Below, piece after piece: positions 46,477 through 56,761 of a DNA stretch of 64,000 nt; position 1 is the first letter of the stretch, and every line of letters begins with the position of its first letter. Under the pieces are notes generated by a model that had not been told where the DNA came from, made no database searches, and saw only the letters and a program-made list of their open reading frames with translations. The stretch lies in assembly GCA_021796115.1 (NCBI GenBank), contig JAJYOP010000005.1, positions 13,039 to 77,038 of the forward strand, written 5' to 3'. The position numbers and the translations under genes are program-made. This DNA is from a bacterium (GTDB lineage: Bacteria; Omnitrophota; Gorgyraeia; Duberdicusellales; 4484-171).

Positions 46477-47396
46477 AATATTTTAGATAAACGACTGACC
46501 GCATCAACAATTTCATCCGGCCCTATATCCATGCATTCATGATTATAGCGGCAGCAAGGCATCTGGCATGGTACGCAGGGCAAGTCGTTTCTCCCTAGCA
46601 GGATGAATTTTTTTGACCATGGCCCGTATTTTTGAGTGCTGGTTGGCCCAAACAATCCTATTATGGGGGTATCAACGTAACTTGCGATATGAAGTATGCT
46701 TGAATCTACGCATATTGCCATAGAAGCATAATTTTTCAGAAGGTAAAAAATTTCATGAATTTTGGTTTCTCCAGTCAAATCAATGACGTTTTCCATAGAA
46801 CCGATATCGCCATAAAACCTTTTATCCGATTCCTGCCCGATTATGACTATTTTTTCCCCGGTTTTTAATTTTTGGATCGCTTCCTTCAAACATTTATACG
46901 GGTAGCGTTTAGGATCTGAATTAGAAGCGCAGGCGATAAATATTGAACGAGAAAAATTATAGGCATTCCATTTCCCCCTTTCTTCTTCGGTCAGTAAAAA
47001 ATCCCCTGCCTTATCGGTTTCCTTGGGAGCAAATTTTTTTATCAGCGAAAGATATATATCTTTTGAATGCTTATTATCTGTAAAATTTCTGAAAAACGAG
47101 GTATGCCGGCAACCCGCGAAAAATGGCAGCATCGAATTTTTTAAATCAACCATAAGGTCATATTTTCCCCGAAGTGATAGCGAGAATTGTATTTTGTTCC
47201 GGATTTTTGCGTATTTATCGTAAAGAAGCGTATTGTTGATAAAACTGTGCCGGCTTATGAATTCTATTATGCGGTTTGAGCAGATTGCGGAAATGTTTGC
47301 GTCAGGATAATTTGCGTGCAGTTTGTCTATTACCGGAAGAGCTATCACGCTATCGCCGATATTTGTAGGCAGATTTACCAGGATATTTTTATACAT
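46470..47396 (-). CDS. Glycosyltransferase family 9
   Basis: ILVNLPTNIGDSVIALPVI and VDSSILHIAS motifs. ATG at 47396 is preferred over the track start at 47435. Confidence 0.75.
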   Translation of the reverse strand: MYKNILVNLPTNIGDSVIALPVIDKLHANYPDANISAICSNRIIEFISRHSFINNTLLYDKYAKIRNKIQFSLSLRGKYDLMVDLKNSMLPFFAGCRHTSFFRNFTDNKHSKDIYLSLIKKFAPKETDKAGDFLLTEEERGKWNAYNFSRSIFIACASNSDPKRYPYKCLKEAIQKLKTGEKIVIIGQESDKRFYGDIGSMENVIDLTGETKIHEIFYLLKNYASMAICVDSSILHIASYVDTPIIGLFGPTSTQKYGPWSKKFILLGRNDLPCVPCQMPCCRYNHECMDIGPDEIVDAVSRLSKILC

Positions 47397-48402
47397 TTTC
47401 CAAAAGTAATTTTGCTTCAACAAACGCGTCATCAACGCTTATATTTTTCATGCAAACATTGTCAACGCAATCAAGTTTATAGCAAGGCACCTGGCATCCA
47501 TGAGGTTTTTCTAGTATTTTAACATTTCTTCCTCGAGGCGATGTCATTTTAGGTGACGTAGGGCCGAAGAAAACAAGCGTTGGAACGCCTAATGATGCCG
47601 CAAGGTGGGCAGGCCCTGAGTCATTGGATATAAAAAGATCCATATGTTCGATAAGATGCGCCAACTCTTTTACATCAGTTTTGCCACAGAGATTAAAATA
47701 TTCATTCTCCATCATTTGAGTTACGGCGCTAACGGTCCCGGAGTCGCTTTTTGCGCCAATAAAAAATATACCGCAGTTTAATTCCTTTATCAATTTATCG
47801 CATAGTAAGGCAAACATTTTCTGTGGCCAGCGTTTAAGCAGCCAATTTGCCGAAGGATTTATCCCCGCGAGGTATTTGTATTTATTGTGCGCCGCACTTA
47901 TTAAATCTTCGTGCCTTTGAGTTTTGTCTTCGGATGTGTATATTTTAGGAAGCCGGTCTTTTATCGTTATCCCCGACTGCTCAAATAATGAAAGATAATA
48001 ATCCTGGCGATGGATATCGTTGCAAACCGGCGGTTGGACCGATTTATTTATAACGAAAATATTTTTTGGGCGCAAATATCCGATTCTTTCCGGAATCCCG
48101 GCCAAAAAACACACAAGAGCTTTGGTGAATGATCGGTGGATTAGAAATACTGTTTCGAATCGCCTTTTTCGTAATTTACCAACGAATTTAATTTTTTTAA
48201 AAATACTTTTATGATTCTTTTTTTCATCGAAAATAATTATTTCATCAATGTAGGGATTATTTTCAAATACTTCTTCAACTCTTTCAATGCAGAGTACGCC
48301 AACATACGAATCAGGAAATTTTTCCTTTATGGCTTTAAATACCGGCGTGGTAAGTATCGCATCGCCTAGCCAATTAACATTGACGACAAGTATGCGTTTC
48401 AT
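47389..48402 (-). CDS. Glycosyltransferase family 9 (heptosyltransferase II-like)
   Basis: ILVVNVNWLGDAILTTPVF and SNDSGPAHLAA motifs. Confidence 0.8.
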   Translation of the reverse strand: MKRILVVNVNWLGDAILTTPVFKAIKEKFPDSYVGVLCIERVEEVFENNPYIDEIIIFDEKKNHKSIFKKIKFVGKLRKRRFETVFLIHRSFTKALVCFLAGIPERIGYLRPKNIFVINKSVQPPVCNDIHRQDYYLSLFEQSGITIKDRLPKIYTSEDKTQRHEDLISAAHNKYKYLAGINPSANWLLKRWPQKMFALLCDKLIKELNCGIFFIGAKSDSGTVSAVTQMMENEYFNLCGKTDVKELAHLIEHMDLFISNDSGPAHLAASLGVPTLVFFGPTSPKMTSPRGRNVKILEKPHGCQVPCYKLDCVDNVCMKNISVDDAFVEAKLLLENV

Positions 48403-48503
48403 GTGATTTTAGTAGTTTGTGATTTACAGTTAGCATGCAGTCGAATTGGAATCCCGAAATTTTTGTTTAAGCAAACTGCCAGCTGCAAACTGCTAACTAC
48501 ATT

Positions 48504-49271
48504 TTAATATGGTTTTTTTATTTTTTTAAAGATATTGTAATATCCGCTTAATTTTGCCCAGAGAGTAAAATCGTTGTCATTATCCGTCACTTTTATCCGG
48601 CGTAGCGCAAAGCGATTAAGGCTGCGGCTGAATCCTCTATTTGTTGCGCAGGCGCAAAGATAGCCGGAATCATCAGCATCTTTTAGCACTTTTTCGTTAA
48701 AAGCACCGCCAGGATAGGCAAGGGTTTCTATATTCTGGTTGAACATTTTTCCAAGTGCGCTTTTTGAACCTGTAAGCTCCTCTTTTAATTCTTTATCGGA
48801 AAGCTTTGATAGATCAGGATGTGTATTTGTATGCGAACCTATACCTATTTCATCATTTTTTAATGATGAAATTATTTCTTCTTTGGATAAGAACCCGGGG
48901 TTTCCTATCTCGTTTGTTATCAGAAAAACTGTTGCAGGGAAATTAAATTGTTTTAATATTTTAAAGGCCGGTAAATTATCTTTATATCCGTCGTCAATAG
49001 TTATTACAATAAGATTTCTGGGTATCGGTTTTTTATCTTTTAATAATTTACAATAATAAGAGAGACTAGCCACATTATATTTACTTTTCTTGATGAATTC
49101 CATTTGGCGGTAAAATTTTTCAAGCGACACCGCGGCATAATCTTCAACTCTTTTTTTGTCAAAAGAATGATACATCAAAATTGGCGTTGCATGGTGCAGG
49201 TAAAGATACAGGTAAAAAGCTAAAAAAAACAGAACAAGAAAAGAAAAAGTCAGCTTTAATAATTTTTTCAT
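48504..49271 (-). CDS. Polysaccharide deacetylase (NodB / CE4)
   Basis: ITIDDGYKD, GSHTNTHPDL and LAYPGG motifs; N-terminal TM helix. Confidence 0.8.
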   Translation of the reverse strand: MKKLLKLTFSFLVLFFLAFYLYLYLHHATPILMYHSFDKKRVEDYAAVSLEKFYRQMEFIKKSKYNVASLSYYCKLLKDKKPIPRNLIVITIDDGYKDNLPAFKILKQFNFPATVFLITNEIGNPGFLSKEEIISSLKNDEIGIGSHTNTHPDLSKLSDKELKEELTGSKSALGKMFNQNIETLAYPGGAFNEKVLKDADDSGYLCACATNRGFSRSLNRFALRRIKVTDNDNDFTLWAKLSGYYNIFKKIKKPY

Positions 49272-50344
49272 GAGAAAGCTTGTTTATAAACCGCCTCGGT
49301 ATTATGTGCCATTTCTTCCATGGTAAATTTCGCAATACAGGCGCGGGCATTTTCTATTATACGGCAACGGAGCGCATTATCGGTCATAATTTCTTCTATC
49401 GCATTTTTCAGGTAAAGCTCGTCGTATTTATAAAAAAGTAGGCCGTTTTCTCTGTCTTTTATTATTTCGGCGATTCCTCCGGTGGCAAATCCGACAACCG
49501 GTATCTGTTTTATAAACGCTTCCACTATTGCGTACCCAAAACCTTCGTGTTTGGATGGCACGACAAGAATATCCGGTATGTCGAGAAAATATTTTGCTTC
49601 TATATCGAAGAATTTTACTTTTTTCTCCATCTCCGCAACCTTTATAAATGTTTTGAGCTCTTCCTCAAGTTTTCCTCTTCCAGAAATTGCCAGATAGACA
49701 TTATCATATTTATAAGAAAGCAATTTTATGGCGCTTGCGGCAAGGAAATGCCCTTTTTCTTCCGATATTCTCCCAAGTATTCCTACCACAAAATCCGTAT
49801 CCTTAAAATCGTAATCATTTTTGGAAAACTTATGCGGTTTAAATTCTTCGACATTTACACCGTTATAGACAACGCTTATTTTTTCACTTTTTATATCAAA
49901 ATCATTAACAAGATGTTCCTTTACCGCTTCGCTTACTGCGATTGTTTTTATGCCTTCGAATTTCATTAATCTGCGTTCAAGGCTTTTACGGTGGAAGCCA
50001 TGGAATGCGCTTATATAAGGTATCCCCAGGCTTTTATAAACTAGGAAGCTTAGAAATTGCGTTACGCGGGTATTAGCATGCAAGATTTCAATCTTTTCTT
50101 TGCGCAAAAATGAAAAAAGTGCAAATAATGAAAAAAATATTTTATGGCTGCAGATGGATTTCGTATCGATGGGGATGATTTTGCAAGGTATATTTTCTTT
50201 CGCTAAAACGTCCAGCCACTGGCTATTTTTAGCACAGCCAACCCACACTGAATGGTTTTGTCTTTTTAGTTCATGCGCTAAAGTTAATACGTAGCGCGAT
50301 ACCCCACCGGGATTTAAATGGGTAGTTAAAAGCAATATTCGCAT
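49268..50344 (-). CDS. Glycosyltransferase family 4
   Basis: GGVSRYV N-terminus and EGFGYAIVEAF..PVVGFATGG motif. Confidence 0.85.
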   Translation of the reverse strand: MRILLLTTHLNPGGVSRYVLTLAHELKRQNHSVWVGCAKNSQWLDVLAKENIPCKIIPIDTKSICSHKIFFSLFALFSFLRKEKIEILHANTRVTQFLSFLVYKSLGIPYISAFHGFHRKSLERRLMKFEGIKTIAVSEAVKEHLVNDFDIKSEKISVVYNGVNVEEFKPHKFSKNDYDFKDTDFVVGILGRISEEKGHFLAASAIKLLSYKYDNVYLAISGRGKLEEELKTFIKVAEMEKKVKFFDIEAKYFLDIPDILVVPSKHEGFGYAIVEAFIKQIPVVGFATGGIAEIIKDRENGLLFYKYDELYLKNAIEEIMTDNALRCRIIENARACIAKFTMEEMAHNTEAVYKQAFS

Positions 50345-50450
50345 ATATCTTTAAAAGTTTAGGATTAATCCTTCGCAGAAATCCTTGGATTTAAAACTGA
50401 GAGGCGAATGCTTTCCTTGAGATTTCTGCTTAAGAAGGGAGCTGCAGACT

Positions 50451-52556
50451 TTAGTCCGTCGGGCTCCACTCGGTTTTTGAGATAATTTCGTTTATTTTTA
50501 AAAAAATTTCCTGTGGCGTTATTTTTTCCATGCAAGGTATGTTTTTACCGAGTTTACATTTAGGTTTATAGCAAAAAGAACACAATAAGTCCTTACAGAA
50601 AACATAAAGGTTATCGCCTTTTACCGTATGGCGCCGTGGGTCAGTCGGGCCAAAGAGCGCAATAGTTGGAACATTTAGAGCTTCGGCAAGATGAAGAGTC
50701 GCGGTATCCGGGGTAACGAAAGCTTTCAATTTTTTTATTATTGCCGGTAAATCTTGCAAAGAGGTTTTACCGCAAAGATTATATGGTTTTGGTGTAATAT
50801 AAGATTCTATTTTGTCTGCAATCTCCTTTGCTGCCGCATCGCCAACTAAAACTACCCTATAGGAGGATAAATTTTTATTAATCAATTCAATGAAAGTTAA
50901 AATATTATTTAATGGCCAATTTTTAGTCTGCCACTTATTTGATGCTGATATATTTATGCCGATTAGTTTTCTTTCGGTAGGAAGTATTTTATTTTCCTGT
51001 ATATCTGTTTTTATTTCCCAAAATGCAAGTTTTTTTTCTTTTATTCTCAGCCCAAGTAACTCCAATATCTTTTCTTGCGAAGAAAGCGGGTCAAGGTCCC
51101 GGTCTAATTTCAGTTTCTTGGTTAAAAGAAAACCCAGGCGCAAAGAATAGCCAAAAGAATACCGCGGGAAACTCAAAAAAGAAATAAGATGCGACACACG
51201 GTTGTTTTGAAAATCAATTATATAGTCAAATGCTTTCATTCGTAATTTTTTAGCTAAGGCAAAAACGTTCTTTAATTTTTTATAGTCATCTTCGAGGGTA
51301 ATGATTTCATCAACATATGGACAACCGTAAAGTATGGGAGCGTACTTTTTTAGTGTTAGCACGCTTAGTGTTCCGTATGGAAAATTTTCTTTTAATGTTT
51401 TTAAGGAAGGTATTGCCAGTATAATATCTCCAAGCGAGGATATTTTTATCGCCAAAATTCGAGTAAAATCAGCCGCTTTTTTGTAAATTTCTTTTGTTTC
51501 GACAAGAGACTTTTCCATTGAATATAATTTCTCGACTTTTTCTCTGGCATTTTTTGCCATGTTTTCGCAAAGGCTCGGCTCGTTAAGGAGCCGGATCATT
51601 GCCTGAGCGATTTGGTCGCTATTCTTTGGCTCAATAAGAATGCCGCTTATATTATTTTCTATGATTTCTGATACCCCCCCGACTGCTGTAGCGATTACCG
51701 GGGTACCGGAGGCACAGGCTTCAAGAACGGCTCGCGGGAAAGCTTCGTCTATCACCGAGGGGATGATTGTCATTCTTGCTTCGGCAAGTACATTTTCTAC
51801 ATCGGAGCGAAAGCCGGTAAATTGTACATTGTGATTTAATGAAAACCGGTTTACCAGGGTTCGTAAATGATCAAAGTAATCCATCTTGGTCGGCTCAGGC
51901 GCGCCGACTATTTTTAATTTTAAATAAGGATTCTGCCTTACGATTTTTTTGAAACCTTCGATTAAATACTCATATCCTTTTGAGGGAGTAATTCTTCCGG
52001 CGCTGACTATAACATTACTGTCTTTACGCGCCTCTAGCCCGCAAAACCTGAATTTTTCAAGATTTACCCAACGATTTATGATAATTATTTTTTCTTCAGG
52101 CACCAGGAAGTTTTCCTTCATATGCCTGGCAACTGCTCGCGATGGACAGATAACGAATTTACCCCAGCCCATCACCTGGCTCGATTTGGGACTTTTATAA
52201 ATACCGTGAATTGTGGTTATGTAGTGTGTTTTAGTACCGCGTGTGGCAAAAAAACTTATCCATCCGGGAACACGTGAACGAGCATGGACTATGTTTATAT
52301 TTTCGTTTTTAAGGATTTTTTTTAATTTAGGAATAACAAGAATTGAAAATAATGATTTTTTGTGGACAGGAAGCTCGTAATGTTTTATTTCTTCCTTGTC
52401 GAGTTCTTTAAGCAAGCGTCCGCCGGAAGAGATAATTATATTTTCTATAACGTCGGAATTATCTGTGCGATATTTTTTAAAGAAGGTAGATAAATCAAGA
52501 ACACCGCGCTCAACTCCTCCTACTTCCATTTTTGGCAAAATCTGAATAATGCGCAT
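50451..52556 (-). CDS. Bifunctional GT4-GT9 glycosyltransferase fusion
   Basis: Residues 1 to about 370 are GT4 (EAFPRAVLEACASGTPVIATAVGG). Residues about 375-701 are GT9 (ILAIKISSLGDIILAIPSL, PDTATLHLAEA). Confidence 0.8.
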   Translation of the reverse strand: MRIIQILPKMEVGGVERGVLDLSTFFKKYRTDNSDVIENIIISSGGRLLKELDKEEIKHYELPVHKKSLFSILVIPKLKKILKNENINIVHARSRVPGWISFFATRGTKTHYITTIHGIYKSPKSSQVMGWGKFVICPSRAVARHMKENFLVPEEKIIIINRWVNLEKFRFCGLEARKDSNVIVSAGRITPSKGYEYLIEGFKKIVRQNPYLKLKIVGAPEPTKMDYFDHLRTLVNRFSLNHNVQFTGFRSDVENVLAEARMTIIPSVIDEAFPRAVLEACASGTPVIATAVGGVSEIIENNISGILIEPKNSDQIAQAMIRLLNEPSLCENMAKNAREKVEKLYSMEKSLVETKEIYKKAADFTRILAIKISSLGDIILAIPSLKTLKENFPYGTLSVLTLKKYAPILYGCPYVDEIITLEDDYKKLKNVFALAKKLRMKAFDYIIDFQNNRVSHLISFLSFPRYSFGYSLRLGFLLTKKLKLDRDLDPLSSQEKILELLGLRIKEKKLAFWEIKTDIQENKILPTERKLIGINISASNKWQTKNWPLNNILTFIELINKNLSSYRVVLVGDAAAKEIADKIESYITPKPYNLCGKTSLQDLPAIIKKLKAFVTPDTATLHLAEALNVPTIALFGPTDPRRHTVKGDNLYVFCKDLLCSFCYKPKCKLGKNIPCMEKITPQEIFLKINEIISKTEWSPTD

Positions 52557-52563
52557 TTTTTAT

Positions 52564-54366
52564 TTATAGTAATTTCCGGATAGCTTCCCGTACAATTTTC
52601 CGATTTTCTTCAAAAACCGGTGCGATAACCGGCTTGATTTCAGATATATTATACGGATTCTCCAGAAAATTTACATCTTTTTCTATTGAGGCGAGAAACA
52701 CCTTGTGTTTGTCGAAATAATTTTCGAGTAAAACGCAAATGCAGGGTTTCTTCAGCGCTACCGTTTCGGAAATCATGGAAATGCTTTCCCCGCTCGTGAA
52801 GACAATCTCCGAAAGTTCAACAAACCCCTCAAAAACAAAATCATAATTGTTCTGGCTTGGAATTACGATTGCCTCGGTGTCAGCAAAGGTTTTTAACTCT
52901 TTATCAATCAATTCCTCGACATTTTTTTGCGTTCTTCGGGAGGTGCTTATGAGTATTTTGTAGTGTTTTTCTGTTACGAAGGCTTTTAGTTTTTCCAAAA
53001 ATAGTTTTAAATTATTGAGATAAATCTTTTCGCTGGAAAGATATCCACCGACAAAAAGAGAAATCTTTTTATTATTATCGAGCTTAAATAAATTCCTGCA
53101 TTCATTTGCCTTTTCTTTTGGATTCAGGGGGTAGGAAAGAGCGCCTTTTATAGTTATGGTATTTTTTGCTTCAATGCGATCATGCGCAGGAATGATACAT
53201 AAATCGAATTTTCTAAGAGGCGTGTTTGGCCGTAAAATTACAATTGATTTAGCTCCAACCGTAAAAGCGGCTATGCGATTTATTGGCGCAGGGATACTGC
53301 CGGTGCTTACAACCATGTCGGCATAGGTTTCGTCAATTTTTTTACAGGTATCTTTATCTAAAAAAATCCATAGCGGTGAATGCCCCAGAAAATACTTTCC
53401 GGAAAAAAAGGCGATAACTTCCGATATAAAACGTTGGAATCCATTAATTGCTTTCAACTCGATAGTCTGGCTTCGGATTTGAAAATCTTCTTCCTTAAAA
53501 AATGAAAGGAATGCCTCGGATTGCTTCAGGTGGCCAATCTTGCCATCGCTTAATATGAGGACATCCATATCCCGTTTTCTTTTAAAGCGTTTATAAAACC
53601 AAAGGTATTCGCGCGGGTATTTTGTTAGATATTTTTCATATATGCGGTTTAGTTCATTTAAGAGTTCTAAATCTGTTTTTGTGCCTGGCTCGATTGGCTT
53701 TCCGATTTCGATAGTATGTGAAAACCCTGATTTTCGATAACCAAAGCAAGGATAGATTTTTTTATTTAGTTTTCTTGCTAAATAAACTGCGCCTTTGGGA
53801 GTTGGAACTAAATGCGAAAAGAAATTAACCAAAAGAGCATTATCTTCCGCTCCATGGTCAACCACCAGGCCGATTAAATAATTATTTCTAATACTTTGTA
53901 TAGCATCTTTTAACGAAAAACAAAGCTCCAATGAATATTTTTTTCTCAGCTCCGTTAAAAACAAAGCGAATTTTTTTTCTCTCTGTTCTTTGGCAAACAT
54001 TTTATATTTTAAATCTTTGGCAATGAAAAAATTATAAAGTTCCCAGCTGCCCTCATGTATTGCGACAAGTATCCCTCCGTCTTGGGCTATGTCTTTTGCA
54101 CCTTTTAATTCCACATAAGGAAAAATTCTATCAGCAATAAGGCTTTCCAGTACCCCCAACCCTAAATTTACAAACGAATTTTTAACGATACGATTTATTT
54201 CGCGGTTACTTTTGGCAGGAAAAACAGATTTTACATTTTTATAGGCAACCTCTCTTTTTTTTCTATCGAGATAAAGGATGTTACCGATTAGTTTACCCAG
54301 AAGAAAAACTAAAAATAACGGTAATTTTGCTAAAATTTTCTGCACTATCATTGCGGCTTTATGCAT
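52564..54366 (-). CDS. Fusion of a LpxL/HtrB-type lipid A acyltransferase and an ELM1/DUF1022-like domain
   Basis: N-terminus has the HEGSWE (HxxxxE) acyltransferase motif. From about residue 275, VLILSDGKIGHLKQSEAF is ELM1-like. Confidence 0.65.
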   Translation of the reverse strand: MHKAAMIVQKILAKLPLFLVFLLGKLIGNILYLDRKKREVAYKNVKSVFPAKSNREINRIVKNSFVNLGLGVLESLIADRIFPYVELKGAKDIAQDGGILVAIHEGSWELYNFFIAKDLKYKMFAKEQREKKFALFLTELRKKYSLELCFSLKDAIQSIRNNYLIGLVVDHGAEDNALLVNFFSHLVPTPKGAVYLARKLNKKIYPCFGYRKSGFSHTIEIGKPIEPGTKTDLELLNELNRIYEKYLTKYPREYLWFYKRFKRKRDMDVLILSDGKIGHLKQSEAFLSFFKEEDFQIRSQTIELKAINGFQRFISEVIAFFSGKYFLGHSPLWIFLDKDTCKKIDETYADMVVSTGSIPAPINRIAAFTVGAKSIVILRPNTPLRKFDLCIIPAHDRIEAKNTITIKGALSYPLNPKEKANECRNLFKLDNNKKISLFVGGYLSSEKIYLNNLKLFLEKLKAFVTEKHYKILISTSRRTQKNVEELIDKELKTFADTEAIVIPSQNNYDFVFEGFVELSEIVFTSGESISMISETVALKKPCICVLLENYFDKHKVFLASIEKDVNFLENPYNISEIKPVIAPVFEENRKIVREAIRKLL

Positions 54367-54368
54367 AA

Positions 54369-55376
54369 TTAGTTGATTTTTTGTTTAATTTCTTCGAGAA
54401 ACCGGGATTCCTCGTCGATTTTTATTTCTATCTCGAATATATAGAAATTTATTTTATGATTCATCTCGGGCAAATGATATTTATCCTTATATGTTATCAG
54501 GCAATTTCTTATGCCATTATTTTCAAGCCCTTCTTCGACAATACCGAATTCATTTTTTGTAAATTCATAATGATCGGGATAGGCTATCGTTTTTATAACT
54601 CTAATTCCGGATTTTTGTATTTGGTTGAAAAACCCTTGCGGGTAGCCGATTGCTGCCAATGCCGCTATTTTTTGATTCTGTAAAGCCGAAATGGGGATTT
54701 CTTTTCCATTCAAATCAAAAATGCGTTTGAGCTTATAATATGCACCAAAAACTTTCAGATGACTGTATTTGGTTTGTATTTTAGACTTAATTTCCGAAAA
54801 ATTCACCATATCATCCGAATAATTGATTATAAGTATGTTTGCGCGTTTTAAAGCAGACAATGGTTCCCTGAAAATTCCCGCCGGTAACAGGCGGATTTTT
54901 CTCTCAAATTCCCTTGCGCCCATAACCACGATATTTAAATTGCGGTATAACTTGCGGTATTGGAAGCCGTCATCAAGCAGAAAAAGATCAAAATTTTCCG
55001 ATAATTTTTTCACCAAGTTCACTCTATTTACGGAAGAGAACACTTCAGCCTTCTTTTCTCCGAATAGTTTCTCTTCATCATCACCGTAACCTCTGCGTAG
55101 AACACATAACTTATATTGGCTTGATAGTTTTTCGTATAAATAAAGCGCCAAAGTGGTTTTGCCGGTGCCCGACCAGGAAAGATTTCCGATGCTGATTATT
55201 TTTTTATCACACCTGTATATAGGCAATATTTTCAGGCCATAAAGGAAATCTCTAATGCTTATGATTGCAGCATGAAGTAACGATAATAGCCATAACAAAA
55301 ACAGCAGGATTGTTTGCCGGACATTTAGTTTGTTTTTTTCTAGAAAATTTATATACCAAATTTTTATTTTATGCAT
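54369..55376 (-). CDS. lpxK: Tetraacyldisaccharide 4'-kinase
   Basis: P-loop GNLSWSGTGKT; RGYG; LLDDGFQ. Confidence 0.85.
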   Translation of the reverse strand: MHKIKIWYINFLEKNKLNVRQTILLFLLWLLSLLHAAIISIRDFLYGLKILPIYRCDKKIISIGNLSWSGTGKTTLALYLYEKLSSQYKLCVLRRGYGDDEEKLFGEKKAEVFSSVNRVNLVKKLSENFDLFLLDDGFQYRKLYRNLNIVVMGAREFERKIRLLPAGIFREPLSALKRANILIINYSDDMVNFSEIKSKIQTKYSHLKVFGAYYKLKRIFDLNGKEIPISALQNQKIAALAAIGYPQGFFNQIQKSGIRVIKTIAYPDHYEFTKNEFGIVEEGLENNGIRNCLITYKDKYHLPEMNHKINFYIFEIEIKIDEESRFLEEIKQKIN

Positions 55377-56644
55377 TTTAAAATTAATTTTAAATTTTCC
55401 TCAAGAATCTTTTTTTCTCCGGCGAAAACGTCAAGGCAATTTAAGCGCAGCTCCTCTCTTTTATTTTTATCGGTTATAAGCGAAAACATAACTTCTTCAA
55501 AGGCTTTTTCATCCATAATTTTTATTCCAGACTTTTTTGAAAGGATGATTTCTTCAATATCTTTGAAATTTTCCATATGTGGGCCGAAAACGGTTGGTTT
55601 TGAAAAGAAAATCGGCTCAAGTATGTTATGCCCGCCGTAATCCGCAAGACTTCCGCCTACGAAACAGATATCGGCAAAGCTATAAAAATAAAGAAGGTCG
55701 CCTATTGTATTCAGAATGAAAACATTTTCCTTTTCTGGATCATATCCGGATACGTTGCTTAGTTTGACAGGATTAAGCCCTGCAGTGATAATAATTTTTT
55801 CTATAGCGGGAACACGTTCTATGTGTCGAGGCGCAATAAGCAAGGTTAAATCTTTGGTTTTTTCTTTTATTTTGTTATAGAGACTCAAAATAACGGTTTC
55901 TTCAGGCGGGTGAGTGCTGCCAGCTATAAATAATAAAGAATTATTTTGTTTGAAAAAATGCAAATATTTTTTTCGCAAGATTTCAAGCCGCACCTCATCA
56001 ATGTGAATGCCACCAAACTTCATATTTCCGGTAACGGCGATTTTATTTTTATCCGCGCCCAGATAGATAAATTTTTCTTCATGACTGGAATTCTGCGCCC
56101 CGATATGATCGCATTTTTTCAAAATATTACCTATAATCGGACGCAGCATTTTATAACGCTTGAAAGCTTTTTCAGAAATTCGAGCATTTATGATCACTAT
56201 CGGTATATTCTGTTTTTTAAGGCAATGAAATAAGTTCGGCCATATTTCTGTCTCAATGGCAATAAAAATCTTTGGTTGAATGAAACGAATCAACCGGTTT
56301 AGGGCAAATGAGATATCAAACGGAAAATATAATATCTTAGCGAACGCACCATATTTTTTTTGAGCAAGTTTGTTGCCGGAAAGGGTGGTTGTGGTGATTA
56401 TGATGTTGCAATCGAGAAGTTCATGCAATCTTTCAACCAAATTTTCGATCAGATTAACTTCGCCGACACTTACTACCTGTATCCAAACGGAAGATTTAGC
56501 GGCTAAATTTAATTTTCCAAATATTCCGAATTTTTCCTTGAAAGCGGAAAAAGTTATTTTTTTACGGCCAGCATAAAACGGCAGATAAATAACCAGTCCT
56601 ATAGTAAAGATTAAATCGTAGATGAAAAACATTATCTTTGACAT
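55364..56644 (-). CDS. waaA: 3-deoxy-D-manno-octulosonic acid transferase
   Basis: WIQVVSVGE, IITTTTLSG and GGSL..GGHNILEP motifs. The start is taken at 56644 or 56632 because the track start at 56686 lies in a hairpin cluster. Confidence 0.85.
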   Translation of the reverse strand: MSKIMFFIYDLIFTIGLVIYLPFYAGRKKITFSAFKEKFGIFGKLNLAAKSSVWIQVVSVGEVNLIENLVERLHELLDCNIIITTTTLSGNKLAQKKYGAFAKILYFPFDISFALNRLIRFIQPKIFIAIETEIWPNLFHCLKKQNIPIVIINARISEKAFKRYKMLRPIIGNILKKCDHIGAQNSSHEEKFIYLGADKNKIAVTGNMKFGGIHIDEVRLEILRKKYLHFFKQNNSLLFIAGSTHPPEETVILSLYNKIKEKTKDLTLLIAPRHIERVPAIEKIIITAGLNPVKLSNVSGYDPEKENVFILNTIGDLLYFYSFADICFVGGSLADYGGHNILEPIFFSKPTVFGPHMENFKDIEEIILSKKSGIKIMDEKAFEEVMFSLITDKNKREELRLNCLDVFAGEKKILEENLKLILKCIK

Positions 56645-56655
56645 ATCTTTGTATG

Positions 56656-56750
56656 TTCGTCTATCGGTTGCGGTTGCGCTGCCCATATCGGTTACGTTTT
56701 ACGTCATACGCAGGACGATAGACGAATCGAGTTACGTAACCGCAACCGAA
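56656..56750. promoter_or_regulatory. Cluster of three interleaved perfect inverted repeats between xerC and waaA
   Basis: ttcgtctatcg/cgatagacgaa (56656-66 / 56716-26), tcggttgcggtt/aaccgcaaccga (56664-75 / 56739-50), cggttacgt/acgtaaccg (56689-97 / 56735-43). Confidence 0.45.
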
Positions 56751-56761
56751 TAGTTCAACCA

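Noticed and set aside
48403-48503. The GT9-CE4 spacer with repeated gcaaactgc units and partial palindromes as a distinct repeat family
   Set aside because: Only short (6-9 nt) complementary blocks were found. There is no second copy in the window and nothing beyond a plausible terminator-like structure.
56645-56686. MGSATATDRRTYKD N-terminal extension of WaaA
   Set aside because: It is encoded by the arms of the interleaved inverted repeats. WaaA proteins start directly with the hydrophobic anchor (MSKIMFFIYDLIF...).
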